DNA of 64,000 nt from Hormiphora californensis (GCA_020137815.1 CM035354.1:7626001-7690000); one strand, 5' to 3'; shown: positions 48,513 to 61,565, counted from the stretch's first letter. The notes: generated by a model not told the origin, from the sequence alone. Numbers and translations are program-made.

Positions 48513-49834
48513 CGGGGAAATGGTAGCTGGATTAGGGAACGCTGACATCACCTGCACCATCCGTCCCTACCCATGTTGGTGTACGCTCTGGGCTTCCTGA
48601 CAATGTCAAGGTGCGAATTTAAGAGATCAAGGGAGGTGCAATACTGTTCCAGAAACTCATCACGTGAAAACTTGGCCGCTATGTAGCCGATTCGGAGATT
48701 TCTATATTCGACTTGAGTAATCGCCGTTGGGCGACGTTGGGTAAAGCTATCAGTAGTCGTTGATTAGCTCGCTTGAACACGTTGGCGTAATCTGTCATAT
48801 TCTCTAGCCTGCTCCCTGACAGCAGCAGTTCACAGCTGCAGACCTAGATAAACGTTGCTGAATAGCGCTTAGGGTGGAAGAGCTAGACATCAGGACAGAA
48901 GTAAAAGAATGCACGTGCAGAATTGAATTTCCCCTTGGTACCCAACTGCAACCGGGAGAGAGATCTCCAAGTCCCTCTAATAATTGCACGTGCAAGTGTA
49001 GTTGCTAGGTGACATGTGTCACACAATTTGCTTAGTAAGTAGTATGATTGACATTGTTAGGCCAGATGCATGTGGCTTCTTTTATTATAATTTCATTCTC
49101 CTTTTTAATTTCAGTTTTTTTTTAAATTTTGAAATCAGAAATTACAGTTTTTTTGAGATCCGTTTCCAGTTTCCTGCAGCGTTTAGACGGGACGGACATG
49201 GGTGAACTTGCCTTACCTAGCACCGTAAAAATCACTAGCCTAAATTCCTAAGCACACCTCAAAGTCATACGGAATTTAGGTTTCCGCTGCACGTCACCGC
49301 CCAGTGCCCACCGGCCGCTAGTGAAGGACAAAACTTTCGTCACGAAAGATTCGTATATTTTAAGGCTAACATCAATGAATAAAGATTATCTAAGATAAAA
49401 TAAAACTAGTATCTAACAAATAGAAGATAATTTAACATCATGCAACTGTTTTTAATTTGGCGAATTTATTAGAACGTTCAACAACAAGAACGTTCAAGGT
49501 CTCTAAATATATTAAAATGGGCATTACATACTGTTAAAGGTTGACACGGTGCCTAAAACATTTCGTCTACCGTAGTAATTCAATTTTTCATGAATTTTAA
49601 GCATATTTTGGTTTTAAGAATTTTGTTGAAAAACAAAACAGTGAGAGCCAAAACTTAGTTCCAGCAAATAGCACTGAGTACGCCATCCTGGCCTGGCGAT
49701 AACAGTCTAAAGGACTATAAATAAATGTATGAAAATTACGCCAAAATGAGGTGATTCTCGAAATAATTAATTTGTGATAAATCAAATTATTACGGTAGAC
49801 GAAAAGTGTTAGGTATCTTTTCAACATCAAGAAA

Positions 49835-51127
49835 TTACTTAGTTGCCCTTCTCGCTTTCAAAGGATAATTTAGGGTGATTGCTGCAGACTGTGTCCTCTT
49901 CAATTTCAATGATATTTTCTTGGCAGTCCGATTTTGCTCCATCGTCTTGCTGATCCTTCGTGAGTTCTCCACCGAGCCGAAGGTCAGTTTTTCGTTGATA
50001 AAATTGCTCTTGTTCCGGAAACACTTCATCAAGATGCTGTTAGGGAGCATGTATAGGATGGGATCTGTGACGCAGTTCATGTAAAGACTAAACTGGCATG
50101 CGAGGTGTACCGTCTGGTTTATGTCAAACTGTCCATTCGTGTTTGCGTGGTTGACAATCCTCAGAACTGTGTAGGGGAGCCAGGAAATGGTAAAGAAAAT
50201 ACAGATCATTGACACTCTTAGCAAAACTAAATACCCATGCAGTGATCGGAACCGTTTCTTGGAGGATCTGAGGCTCTTAATGATGCACGCGTAGAGAACC
50301 AAGTTGATCAGTAGAGGAGTGTACATGAACACACAGTCCCTTACATAAAACAGTGTCTCAGTGTGGATCCAGGCCTGGCTGAGTTCACAAGAGCACGTCT
50401 CAGGTCGGTAGGTGAACAGTTGGAAGTTGTTGGAGTGGAATCCCATGGTTAGAACCGCTACAAAACTCAGGGATAGGAACCACACAGTCAAAATGGAGAG
50501 AGATATGATTCGTTGGTGAAATTGACCTTTGTACCTGTTGTGATATGATATCAGTTAGTTATGGGGCTCTGAGTATCGGGATTCCATAAATACACAAACT
50601 ACACAAACTACACAAACTACTACTTATAGTTTAGCTATTATATCACAAAATTTTATACTCCTGAAACCAGGCTACTTGTTCTTACTTCATTGGGAAGACA
50701 ACGGCAGTGAACCTATCAATGGTTATAGGAACAACAGAGAATAAGTTGGCATGGAAGATAATATAACTCATGTAGATACTAGCTCCACACATGTATGCGT
50801 TAGATATTCCATAGATGTAGTCTGAAATACAATATTTACATACAACAACTCGGTTACAAACTCTTATCATGATAACTAATGGTCACTCTTAGTCGATTTG
50901 TATAGATGTTTTTACATACCAGGTCCTCTAACAGTGGCCCCGAATGTTGCTGCTAAGGTGTCCGTTACAGCCAGGTTAAAGTACGCCTTGTTACAGGATC
51001 GATGTTGCCGGCTCTTTCTCAGTAGTGATATCTCGATCAATATGATATTAGCAGTTGCAGCTAGACCCATGAGAATGAGATAGGTCCAACCAAAGAATAA
51101 CTCTGGTGGGACTTTCACTGGACACAT
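49835..51127 (-). CDS. Class A (rhodopsin-like) GPCR; exons 51127-50920, 50821-50686, 50534-49835
   Basis: TM1 N, NLAVTD, TIDRFTAVVFPMKY, SWLP, N..DPILY; phase-compatible GT-AG junctions. Confidence 0.9.
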
Positions 51128-51530
51128 CACTACTACACAACAACATGTGAGAAGACAAGAGTAGAGGGGGCTATAAGTAATAAAACTATGCCATGAGGTC
51201 CGGATTCAGATGAGAAAAAGTTGCATACTAGATTGGATATTTGATATGCGTCCTAAAAACAACCTGACAATGGTTATAGCAACACACGGGCGTGTACAAA
51301 AGGAAGGAATTTAAAAACGAGAAATGTGAAGTAAAACAAAGGACTGATCGAGTCAAACACACACCCACTATCTTGCTGACTATTTTTTACTCTTCTGTGC
51401 GAGGGGTTAAGAGAAAGGATCTCACAGCTGGTGTTCTCTCTCTCACGTCACCCACGTGGTAAAGATCTGTTCAGTGACACCCGCTCTATTATTATAGGTC
51501 ATACCTACTATGAATCCTTTTATTCTTCAT

Positions 51531-51533
<3 letters not shown>

Positions 51534-51619
<86 letters not shown>

Positions 51620-51628
51620 TCTCTCTCA
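51534..51628. repeat. (CT)n microsatellite
   Basis: Directly visible. Confidence 0.95.
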
Positions 51629-52755
51629 GATTTCTCATCCTATTATTAATATTATTCTGCTAGTGACCCCAATCCCTATTCTAACGTCTCAGCTTGTAGC
51701 CGCTATATCATAGCATAACTTCACTACTATAATCATTATTATGCCCCTTTGTATTCTCTCCCATCTTAATTATACTTTTTCTTTCATCATCCCGCTCGCT
51801 TTCTATCTCTATCTCTCTCCCATCTCTCTATCTCTCTTTCAATGCCCCACTATTGTTGTACGCATCAGGTGAGGGATCGCCCAGTTATAGCAACAGTAGG
51901 AGCGCACAGAGCTCTGCAGAGAGGAGTAGGAGAAAATCAATTTGAAACAAGTTTCATCACAGACCACAGTGGTAGCAATGACACGAGATTGAACTGTAGA
52001 TGAAAAGAAAGAAACAAAGAGAGAAACAAAGAGAGAAACAAAGAGAAAGATGAAGTTAGGCTAGCCAGATGTTCGCTAGACCTGTCAGAGAGTGATATGG
52101 GCTAAGTCGGCTTCTTCTTCTAGAGAGAGAGGGGGTCCTGCTGATATCTAAACAGAGGCACGGTGGTTAAATGTTTGAAAGACTCTCTGTAAGAGTTGTT
52201 ATGGTAACTAAGTGCTAACACTCCCTGTGTTTAAGTACAGGCCGTAATTGTTGGGTGAGAGAGTAATGCTCTGCACTGCACCTGTAGATAATAATTCCTC
52301 TCTTTAGTCATCCTCCTTCCCCTCTCTTTAGTGATCCTCCTTCCCCTCTCTTTAGTCTAGGGCTCACATTTATAGTTCTCTTCTTTTTCAAACGTTTCTA
52401 TTTATGGCTCTATCTTCACTCACCTTATTCTGCCAGCCACTGTTCCTTTTCTATTCTATTATATCGCGCTTGATCGTATGCCTCTCCTTTAGAAAAATAA
52501 ACATAGTTAATCGCTCATCAAATTCATCTTTTCCTAGCTTTCTTTCTCTTTCTATCTCTCTCTTTCTTGTAGTTTTGTCACCTCCACAACACGAATATAA
52601 TTACGCATAACATCCAAATTATGTAGTCTGTACCAAGTTAAACAGAAGGTTGCATTAATTCATTTCATAAAGGTGTCATATCAAATAAAACGAAAGTCCC
52701 AAATCGTTGAAAGGAGGATCCCCTCCAGTAGATAGACAGTGAAAAGGCGGGCGTT

Positions 52756-53585
52756 CTAAGCAGGAATGATGGAGTCGAGGTCAGCCTTGCACAGGAAAGA
52801 GTAAATGATGGCCAACGGAACAGCAATGATTACCCGAATCAAATAGTAGAAGAACGGTTTAATATCCCAGCAGGAGAAGGGGAAATGCTGAAAAATGTAT
52901 TATTTAGTTTTGCATTAAATTATTAATAATGTAACTGTAAGCATGTGTGTGTGTGTTTTGCACCGCCCGTCATTCCGCCCACTTAACTGTAAGCATGTAA
53001 AAAATGTGTGATATATCTGACCTGTAGACCAAAGATAGTGAGAAGGAAGACAGCAAGAGAGATGATGGCTGAAAGAACGTTCCTTGTCTCCTTCCACTTC
53101 GCACAGGCAATCAGAATGGAAAGTACAACTGCGATAACCCTGTAAAAATGTGTTGTTTTTAACGTATACTTTGTGTGGCTCACACCGCATTTCATTTGGT
53201 AGATCAACGTATGTACGAAGATTGCCCCTCCTTTGCATTCCCCGTGTGTGGAAAATAAAAAGGGTTTGAAAAATAAAAAGGGGTTTGAACAAAACGATCC
53301 CATCTTACTTACAGCAGGGCAATGTTGTGCCACTTGGCGGGGCAGTAACTCCAAGAGTAGGAATTACTACCAGGCAGTCGCTCCACCAAAAACAGAATTA
53401 CGTTGACAGTCAAATATAACTAAAAATATAGTTGTAAACGGATATTAATATAATGTATGCTAGAACCAGTTCGATGAAATTATGTCCAGGTGTGGCTGGG
53501 TAATTACCAGGTGGGTGATGAAAAGAACTCCCGCAGGAGGGAGGAATTTCTTCCCCAAATTAACAAAACAGTCACAGCAGCCCAT
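52756..53585 (-). CDS. Putative small multi-pass membrane protein, 4 exons; one junction is out of phase
   Basis: Exons read MGCCDCFVNLGKKFLPPAGVLFITHL / LYLTVNVILFLVERLPG...WHNIAL / GAIFVHTLIY...VIAVVLSILIA...IISLAVFLLTIFGLQ / HFPFSCWDIKPFFYYLIRVIIAVPLAIIYSFLC..stop, with GT-AG borders. Confidence 0.5.
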
Positions 53586-53814
53586 CGTTGTGCCTCTTGA
53601 ACAACTTCAACCAAATATTTTGCAAACAGTGCAAAAAAAGTGGTCCAGGGTGCAAGGTAAACTGAATTTGCAACCCTTCTTCATCCCCACTGTCGGCTGT
53701 CCATAACATCCGCCATGAAGGTCCCCAGAACCATCAGCTGCTGGCCCCATTAGATTAGTGCCCCGGGTTTTCCAAAATGTGTGGACGTGGCACACGTACA
53801 CGTGTGAAGTGGTT

Positions 53815-53965
53815 AGGTAGAAAGTAGGTAGAAAGTAGGTAGAAGTAGGTAGAAAGTAGATCTAAACCTTTAAATTTTAACTAGTTCTAAACCTCTCTAG
53901 TTCTAAACCCCTCTAGTTCTAAAGCTCTCTAGTTCTAAACCTCTCTAGTTCTAAACCTCTCTCTC
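53815..53965. repeat. (gtaggtagaaa)n then (ctagttctaaacctct)n directly upstream of the INTS5 acceptor
   Basis: Directly visible. Confidence 0.85.
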
Positions 53966-53979
53966 TCCCTCATGTAGGC

Positions 53980-56349
53980 ATGTCAAGTTTCTATACCCTG
54001 AACAAGATAGCAACATGCAACCCAAATATTGTGGAGGAGCTGGTGGAGTGTAGTCAGGCTGTTTGTACAGTCCTCTCAGCCATGACAGGTAGGCCAGGAA
54101 GCTGCCCTCGAGCGGCTATTCTACCTAATCCTATCATACGATAGGGCTGAACAGAAGGGAGGAGGCAGGGACAAACTCCATCTTGACTTGGAACAGAATG
54201 TGAGGAAGAGTGTAGAGGTGGTAGGAAGAGGTTACCAGAATACAGTCCTGAGCTCTATAACTGTCCTTGGTGCGGCTGACTCTTAGGACTCTCTGTCAGG
54301 TGGGACAGGGGTTCAAACTATCAAACGCCATTCACAGGATCATGACAGTATGCTGTGAGAGACTCTACAAATCTGATCCTGACGGATATGTCCCCAAGAT
54401 ATTCGAGATGTATCTCTAGTGACTGTACGAGCAACAATACAGCAGACTCTGCGGTATTAGTAAAGACGCTCTCCCCCTTTCCCGACCTCACTAAACCCCT
54501 GCTAAGCGCATCGTTCGAGGCATTTAGAAGTGAGTCGGCGCACTTTATCACGTATAAACAGGCCCTTGTGGAGCTGAGTAAATACAATGGGAGGTCGATC
54601 AGTGGGGCGGTTATGGAACTTCTAGATGAAAGCGATGCAGTAAAACAAAAGATCGGATTTGTCCTCAACCTCCTCTCCTCCATTCCCTCACTTCACTCCG
54701 TAGCAATGCGACTACTAGTCCTGAATCTCAGGCGTTCAAGGCACTACTTCACAGCAACAAATCCACCATCCCACCACCCCTCGTGGATGACCTAGCTAAA
54801 CTCTTCACCAGCTCGGAGATCAACTCGTTCAACACGGTCCTATCTCTTCTAGAACAGGACCCAGCCACCTCCCTGGGGCCCAGTCTCCTCTCCAAGATTC
54901 TCCTGAGTCTGGAGCTGTCGGTGTATGGGGTGTCCGAGGACAAAGAGAATCTGTTTATCGAGAACATGTCAGGGAAGTGAGGATATCAACATGTTCTGTA
55001 GATGCCTCGATACCCTTCCCTCACATACCCATCCCTCTATCATCAAGTGTCTCACTATCATCTGTCTTTATAAAGGAGAACCAACTACAAAGAAAGTGAT
55101 GTGTGAGCTGCTTCAAACCCAACCCTTGGAAAGCTTCCAAGTTTTAGTGGACGCAATCTCCCCTGTTTACCCGAACATGTGTGTCCTCGCTTTTAAACAC
55201 TCCCTAAAAGACATCCCCACACGGACACCCGCCCAAATAGTCACATTCGCAGAGAACAGTGACAAACTAAAGTTCTCCAATTCCCATCAAATACTCGCCT
55301 CTGAGATGGTCACAATAGCGGGGTTAATTAGGGACACAAACTGTCTAAAGGTCACCTCCATCTTTCTAAAGTTCCTCGAGCCACGGTCTATCGGGACTGT
55401 AGAAACTACAGCTATAACACACATCCTGCTGACATGTTTTGTAAACCATGTGACTAACATCCAGGGTCCTGATGTCTCTCTAGAACTACTGGAAACAGTT
55501 ACTGATTTAGAGGGAAACATAGTGAAGTGGTGCCCGATTAATGACTGTACCAGACTGACCATCCTTCATCAGCTACTAGCCCTGGTGATCAGTACAGATG
55601 GGGATGTGAACTCACCCCGTGATCTGGGAGATAACCACGTGGTGGAGAGTAACGTGGAGATCCACAAGGGTCAGATCAAGAGAAGGAAACCCACCGCAAC
55701 AACCAGATTTGGGTGTGTCCTAGCGAGACAGAGTGTCACCAACCTTCTTGAGAGTGTGACTAGTAACTCCAACAAAGCTAACCACGTGCTATGCTCCTTC
55801 CTTCTCGATACCCTCTGCCCCGATGTGAACTTGGAGGCTGCATGGCCGGAACACGCAGCAATGCAGTACACGGTGGAACGTGATCTGGTCGTGTACAACA
55901 CATTCCGAGATCAACCCCTTCTTTGGAATCTTTTGGAGGTAGCATTGCGGACCCGGACCTCCAATCTAGTGGTCATCATCAGAGCCCTACTGACGGTGTT
56001 GATAACATTCTGGACGACGTGCAGGATGGGGAAGTGTTCGGAATGTCCTCGAGAAATGGAGTTCACTGGTCGGTTCTTTAACATCCTTTGTGATATTGAT
56101 TGGATGCCCAGCCCCATGACTAACGCATCTCATCTTCTTCCCTTCATATCTCCCCTTGAGGTTACAGCTTTGTTGTTTGAGGTGGCCAACTTTTTCAGGC
56201 TCTTTGGACCCCATCTAACCAAGATTCCAATTAGTAAACACCAGCCCAGTGTGAAGGAGACAATGACATCGATCGTTCAGAACAATATAGAGAATGTGGG
56301 AGAGATGATGTTCATGTTCTGTAAGTGGGGACTAAAGGAGGAGGCGTGA
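53980..56349 (+). CDS. INTS5: Integrator complex subunit 5, apparently intronless, with several frameshifts in the 5' half
   Basis: LLDTLCPDV...WPEH....TVERDL.....F..QPLLW.LL...IIRALL..LI.FW matches the INTS5 C-terminus. Upstream pieces at 53980-, 54355-54795 and 54783-54980. Confidence 0.8.
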
Positions 56350-56478
56350 TTTTTAGGAGGCTGCTAAGGGATGAGGCGTGATTTTTAGGAGGCTGCTAAA
56401 GGATGAGGCGTGATTTTTAGGAGGCTGCTAAAGGATGAGGCGTGACTTTTAGGAGGCTGCTAAAGGATGAGGCGTGAT
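56340..56478. repeat. 32-bp tandem repeat (about 4 copies) starting at the INTS5 stop codon
   Basis: (gaggcgtgatttttaggaggctgctaaaggat)n; the first copy supplies GAG GCG TGA. Confidence 0.9.
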
Positions 56479-56661
56479 GGGGGGGGGGGGACTCAGTGAT
56501 TTGTGTTATCTGGGAGAATATTTTTTATTGATTACTGTTGTTGGTATTTCGTTGACACTTGATAGATCTAATGAGTTTCTTAAAAAGTGAGTACTGATAC
56601 CCCCCTTGATATACTGCCTAAATAACACATAATTCCCGTTTAGCATCGAGCCAAAGTAGCC

Positions 56662-59612
56662 ATGTCTTTCAAGGATTTACGCAGTAAGTTATTCCTATTT
56701 TTCCCACCTAAATCACTCTCCAACACCTGACATTAAACATAACCCCTCTTCCCCATTTTACCCCCACTCCTCCAATCCACTCTAGATTTCACCGAGATGA
56801 TGCGCTCTCTGGGATATCCCCGACAGATCAGCATGGAGAACTTCCGACAGCCCAATTTCCCTCTTGTTGCAGAGATCCTTATGTGGCTTGTAAAGAGGTA
56901 TTGTTACCATGGTTACCGCTGCGCTGGCATTGCTACTATGGTTACCAGCCAGAACAACTAAGTAACAGGTCTCACCCACTCTCCCAGGTACGAGCCTAAT
57001 GCCACTCTCCCACACGATATTGATAGTGAGGATGACAGGGTTATATTTATCAAATACGTTGCACAGTTCATGGTGAGTACTTTAACAGCAGCTATGATTT
57101 TGGTACCTACTGGGACAGAAACCAATTATATTTCCCACTCTCTCCCTCGTGCTTATTCCCTGGTTATTTCAGGCGACCAAGACCCGTATTAAGTTGAACC
57201 CTAAGAAGCTCTACATGGCGGATGGGTATAGTGTGCAGGAGATATTGAAAGTGGTTACAATGCTGTACAGTGCGGTGAAATGTAACACTGCAGAAGAGAA
57301 CGAGAATGTAACAGAGCGATCTTTTGACATCACCAACAAGGTAACGTGTTTAACTGTTGATTTTGTGATAATGTAATGTATATAACATGTCACTATGCAA
57401 TATCAGTAGATAATTACCCAATGAATAACAGGTAAAATTATTCATAGCGATTCATTCCGACTTAGCAACTCCTACTAAGCATTGTACATTTTACTTAGTG
57501 TGACAGTTTCACGTACATCAGTTCTGTTTGGGGGAGGGAGCGCGCACACAACTAGCATGACACTGACATGGGAACGGAGAAAGCCGCTATTGTCAGCCGT
57601 GTGGCGCGCTTTTTTACAAATCAACCCCTTCTCTCTCAAACATCTCTGTGTTTTTGACAATAACAAGACAAACTAAAGTCGGATTTTTTGAAACTGTCAC
57701 CCCCAAACGACCGCGCATGTGAAATTTGTCCATTTTGACGCGCACACCACACGTTAACATGTGATGTGACGCGCAAAAACATTCCGCGCACGAAAAGGGG
57801 GGTGACAGTTTCAAAAAATCCGACTTTAAAAAGTCCAATTTTTTATTTAAGCGACAGGCCGCCGCGCATCAAAATGCAGCGCTTGAAATCGATTTCCGGT
57901 TCCTGATAAGCTAGCGAATTTTTCTTGGTGCCATTGGAAAGATAAAATTTTTATCTTTCCAACGCAACCAGGATCAAGTCTTTATCTTATCAGGAACCGG
58001 AGATATAACCAATTAACTAATTGAGTGTGCGGCGGCCTGTCGCTTAAATAAAAAATTCGACTATACAAAGTACAGAACTTGTCTTGCTCGACCCTTGGGT
58101 CCCTTCCTGTAGTATAAGGGTCAGAATCACCCAAAGAATGGAACTTTTTAGGATATGAAACTGAAACCCTCCTTCCTCAGATAGCAGATCTAAAACAAGC
58201 CAGACAGTTAGCTACAGAGATTACCATGAACGGAGCCCGGCTATACGAACTCCTTTCTGTCGAGGTGGATTTGAGGGAGCTAAGGACTGCTGCTGTTAAC
58301 CGACCTTTAGAAATGAGTAACATTGAAACTGGAATGAAGGACAGAGTGGTCACTGTCGAGGTATTACAATTGTATTTCAACACAACTTAGATTAATATCA
58401 TCATCCTGTTTAGAGTGTTATCTGAATACCATCAACTCTTAATATTTCATGTGTGAGATGTTGAGTCCAATTTTATAGTTTCAAACCAAAAATCCAAAAT
58501 CTCTCAGAACTCGATAAAGGGGACACAACACAAACTGGACAACGTAGCCAATGACGAGGCTAATCTGGAGGCAAAGATTGAGAAAAAGAAGGCAGAGTTG
58601 GAGAGAAACAACAAGAGGTTGAAGAGCCTACAAAACGTCCGACCTGCATTTATGGAGGAATTTGAGAAGTTAGAATCTGAGTTGAAGCGTCTGTATGATG
58701 TGTACAATGAGAAGTTCAGGAACCTAACTTATCTGGAGCAGATAGTGGATCAGTATGATAGACAGCAACAAGTTCGGGTTGAGGTGAGTCAGATTTATAC
58801 GCAGAGATTCTTTGCTTTTGAAGAACGCACATTTTTATTTGGTCAAAGTGTAACAGATACTGGCCCCTGAAGGGTTTGTCTGATCTTGTGACTCTGAACG
58901 GGGTGATGCAGTGAATCATGACATGACCGTCAGCCGGTCACGTGACATGCACTGATGACGTTGATTGCATATTCATGCTATGTTTATATTATCTTGTTTT
59001 TTGTAAAGGGGGTTTGAGGTCTCATAGTAGGTAAGGAATGTTTCATCAGTAAGCAGACGAACGAGACTCCATTATCTAATCACAGACCTACAGTTTCCAA
59101 AACTGCCGCCGTTTTAAAATTTCACTACATAACAAATCCTTGTGTTTTACTAAAGACTTTTTCAGGAAACTGAGAAACAGTTGAAACGAATGCAGGACAG
59201 CATGAGGGAAGAGGAGAAAAGGTTGCTAAACCAGGAAGAAACGTTTGAGAATTTAGTTGACGATAGCGACGGGGAAGTGAACATCCGGAAGAACCCTAGA
59301 GTGGTGGGAGGAATGGAGGGGAGCGACTCTGAGAGCGAGGTTAGAGGGGGGAATTGTGTGTATTATAAAGAGCATGTTTACTTTACTACTCTCATCTTGC
59401 ACATCCGGGTAATGCTTGTCGCCCACTTCCTGTATTGTTACCACTACCCCCACATCCCCTAATACACACCATCACAGAACGAGAGCGAGTACAGTTCGAG
59501 TGGGAGCGAGTTGGCAGGAGACGGGGAGATGCCCCTCAGCGAGGATGAAGAAGAGGAAAGCGATTCAGAGAACTTTGAAGACAAAGAAGACAGTGATGAC
59601 ATAGATTTCTGA
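56662..59612 (+). CDS. CLUAP1: Clusterin-associated protein 1 / IFT38. Approximate exons: 56662-56683, 56786-56897, 56988-57072, 57173-57340, 58181-58360, 58508-58783, 59166-59339, 59478-59612
   Basis: [93 protein letters not shown]; acidic tail. Confidence 0.97.
57674..57828. mobile_element. MITE in CLUAP1 intron
   Basis: TIR taaagtcggattttttgaaactgtcacccc / ggggtgacagtttcaaaaaatccgacttta. Confidence 0.8.
57832..58062. mobile_element. Second MITE adjacent to the first
   Basis: TIR agtc.aattttttatttaagcgacaggccgccgc and its reverse complement; internal inverted tccggttcctgataag. Confidence 0.8.
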
Positions 59613-59902
59613 GAAAATGAGGTCATGAGAAGATGAGGTCGATTTGTGAAGTTTTGCTGGGCAGAAAATTGAGGGTTTTCCATTGCCGGGGTGATCAGAT
59701 ATTGTAAATAGTTTGTGTATTATGTTTGTGTGTATTTACCTCCTGTATCACAGTGTATATTAATTTTGATAAATTATCTAGTTTTTCTGCTCACCAACTA
59801 CCAACCCCTCCCCTATACCCTAAACTTCCGGTCACGTTCCTTATCTATCTCCCATTACCCCAGCTCTCGTTTAGTTTCACAGTACCTATACTTCTAGTCA
59901 GA

Positions 59903-60322
59903 ATGCCAAAAAGGGACGCAGATTCAGATAGCCTGTCGTCTGATTCAGATCAAGACGCACCTCCACCTCCACCCAAGAAAAAAGAGAAGACTAAGGAGAA
60001 GACTAAAGAGAAGACTACAGAGAAGGTACGTGCTGCGCTTGTTCATTGATTTACAAGTGCTAACAATCATACTCTTTGTATATGGTCCCATCACAAGCAT
60101 CTGGAAATTTAAAACCTTCTTGCAGCTGCATATTTGTATTGTGCAGCAGCTGATGACCTCACTATCAGAGCTGTGTGCGGGGTCCCAGCCCCCAGTGTTA
60201 GTAGCATGTAAAATCAATTTCCTTTGCAGGAGGAGAAGAAGGGATCAGAACGGAAATCCGGATCTGGAGGACTTGAGGAAGGTGCATACTGGCTGGATGA
60301 AAAAAGGATGCGCAGAATCCAG
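59903..60322 (+). CDS. 5' exons (59903-60025, 60230-60322) of a PC4/SUB1-like ssDNA-binding coactivator; remaining exons not found in the window
   Basis: MPKR..Ser/Asp-rich..Lys-rich N-terminus, then 'EGAYWLDEKRMRRIQ|GT', resembling the start of the PC4 domain. Confidence 0.55.
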
Positions 60323-60595
60323 GTAAGATCAAGAGGAAACAATTTACTTCCCCTTCTTCTCAGTTGTCTCAAAGCATGTAGCTTAGGTAGCTTAGCCTTT
60401 GTGTGATCTTTGTTTACTTTGATAAAACGGAACATTAACCGAGTAATAATGAGTTGCCAGCCAGTAGGGCAATTGTGTCATATGAGCGTGTGTGTGTGTG
60501 TGTACAACATTGTAAAAAGAATAAGTTTCGGTTTAAACTTGTTCAACAGCAAATTACAATAACTGATCGATCATTTAGTGTCTCTCTCTCACGGT

Positions 60596-60910
60596 TTACT
60601 GGAAGATCCAGTAGGCAGCAGCAACAACAAGGGCGGCTGCGGTGGCGGTGGCGCTACCGTTACAGAGATCCTCGTCACAGGTCGAACAGTCTCCCGCAGT
60701 TTCCGGGCACTCTCCGCAACTGAAGGTGTTGGCACCGGTTTCAGAGATGTAGGTGATGTAGCACTCTTCGAAGCTGCTTGAACAGTTATATTTGCTGATG
60801 GATCCGGCCTCAACCAGCTCATCAAAGTCTTGATCCTTAAGTTTAGTGCCCCAGTAGCACTGGATGGAGACGGCAGCAGCGACCAGGCAGAAGAAAATCA
60901 CGACCTTCAT
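60596..60910 (-). CDS. Ly6/uPAR (three-finger)-like GPI-anchored protein nested antisense in an intron
   Basis: Signal peptide, IQCY start, 8 mature Cys ending C.EDLCN, then a small-residue omega site and hydrophobic tail. Confidence 0.8.
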   Translation of the reverse strand: MKVVIFFCLVAAAVSIQCYWGTKLKDQDFDELVEAGSISKYNCSSSFEECYITYISETGANTFSCGECPETAGDCSTCDEDLCNGSATATAAALVVAAAYWIFQ

Positions 60911-61266
60911 TGTATGTGTGTGGCTATGGGGTAGTGGGGTTAGAAAATGTTTGGCAAGAAATGGTAGAAGCGTGTAGCTACAACCTATAATTGTAAAATA
61001 GACCTAAATTCTAGACAGAGTATCTAGAGAAGTATCTAGAGAGTATCTAGAGAAGATAAATAATGGTAGAGCCTCTTAAAAAGAACGGCTGCACATAATG
61101 GACATCGACCATGGCGGAAAGACTGGTCAGCAACAAAAATGTCCTAATGAAAGTACGAGATACTATCCCATTTATACCCAACCTTCCGGATGTTATCTTA
61201 GACTGGTTCACCTTACTACCATGTTTGTTCTACGACAAGTGCACCGTGTTTATCTAAACCCTTAGT

Positions 61267-61267
<1 letters not shown>

Positions 61268-61357
<90 letters not shown>
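61268..61357. repeat. (CT)n microsatellite
   Basis: Directly visible. Confidence 0.95.
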
Positions 61358-61359
<2 letters not shown>

Positions 61360-61364
61360 ATAGT

Positions 61365-61565
61365 TGGTCAACTTCTTTCACTTTCATTTTAGAAGATCAT
61401 ATCGACTTCTTTTACTTTCATTATCGAAGGTCAACTTCTTTCACTTTCATTATAGTAGGTCAGCTTCTTTCACTTTCATTTTAGAAGGTCAACTTCTTTC
61501 ACTTTCATTTTAGAAGGTCAAAATCTTTCACTTTCATTATAGAAGGTCAACTTCTTTCACTTTCA
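61365..61565. repeat. ~29-bp minisatellite, about 7 copies
   Basis: (gaaggtcaacttctttcactttcatttta)n. Confidence 0.88.

Noticed and set aside
53980-56349. INTS5 pseudogene or programmed frameshifting
   Set aside because: The C-terminal frame is intact, no consistent slippery sites are visible, and similar indels affect unrelated genes, so assembly error is more parsimonious.
59015-59070. Hammerhead or SECIS-like CTGATGA on the minus strand
   Set aside because: No properly placed GAAA core or stems; intronic antisense location.
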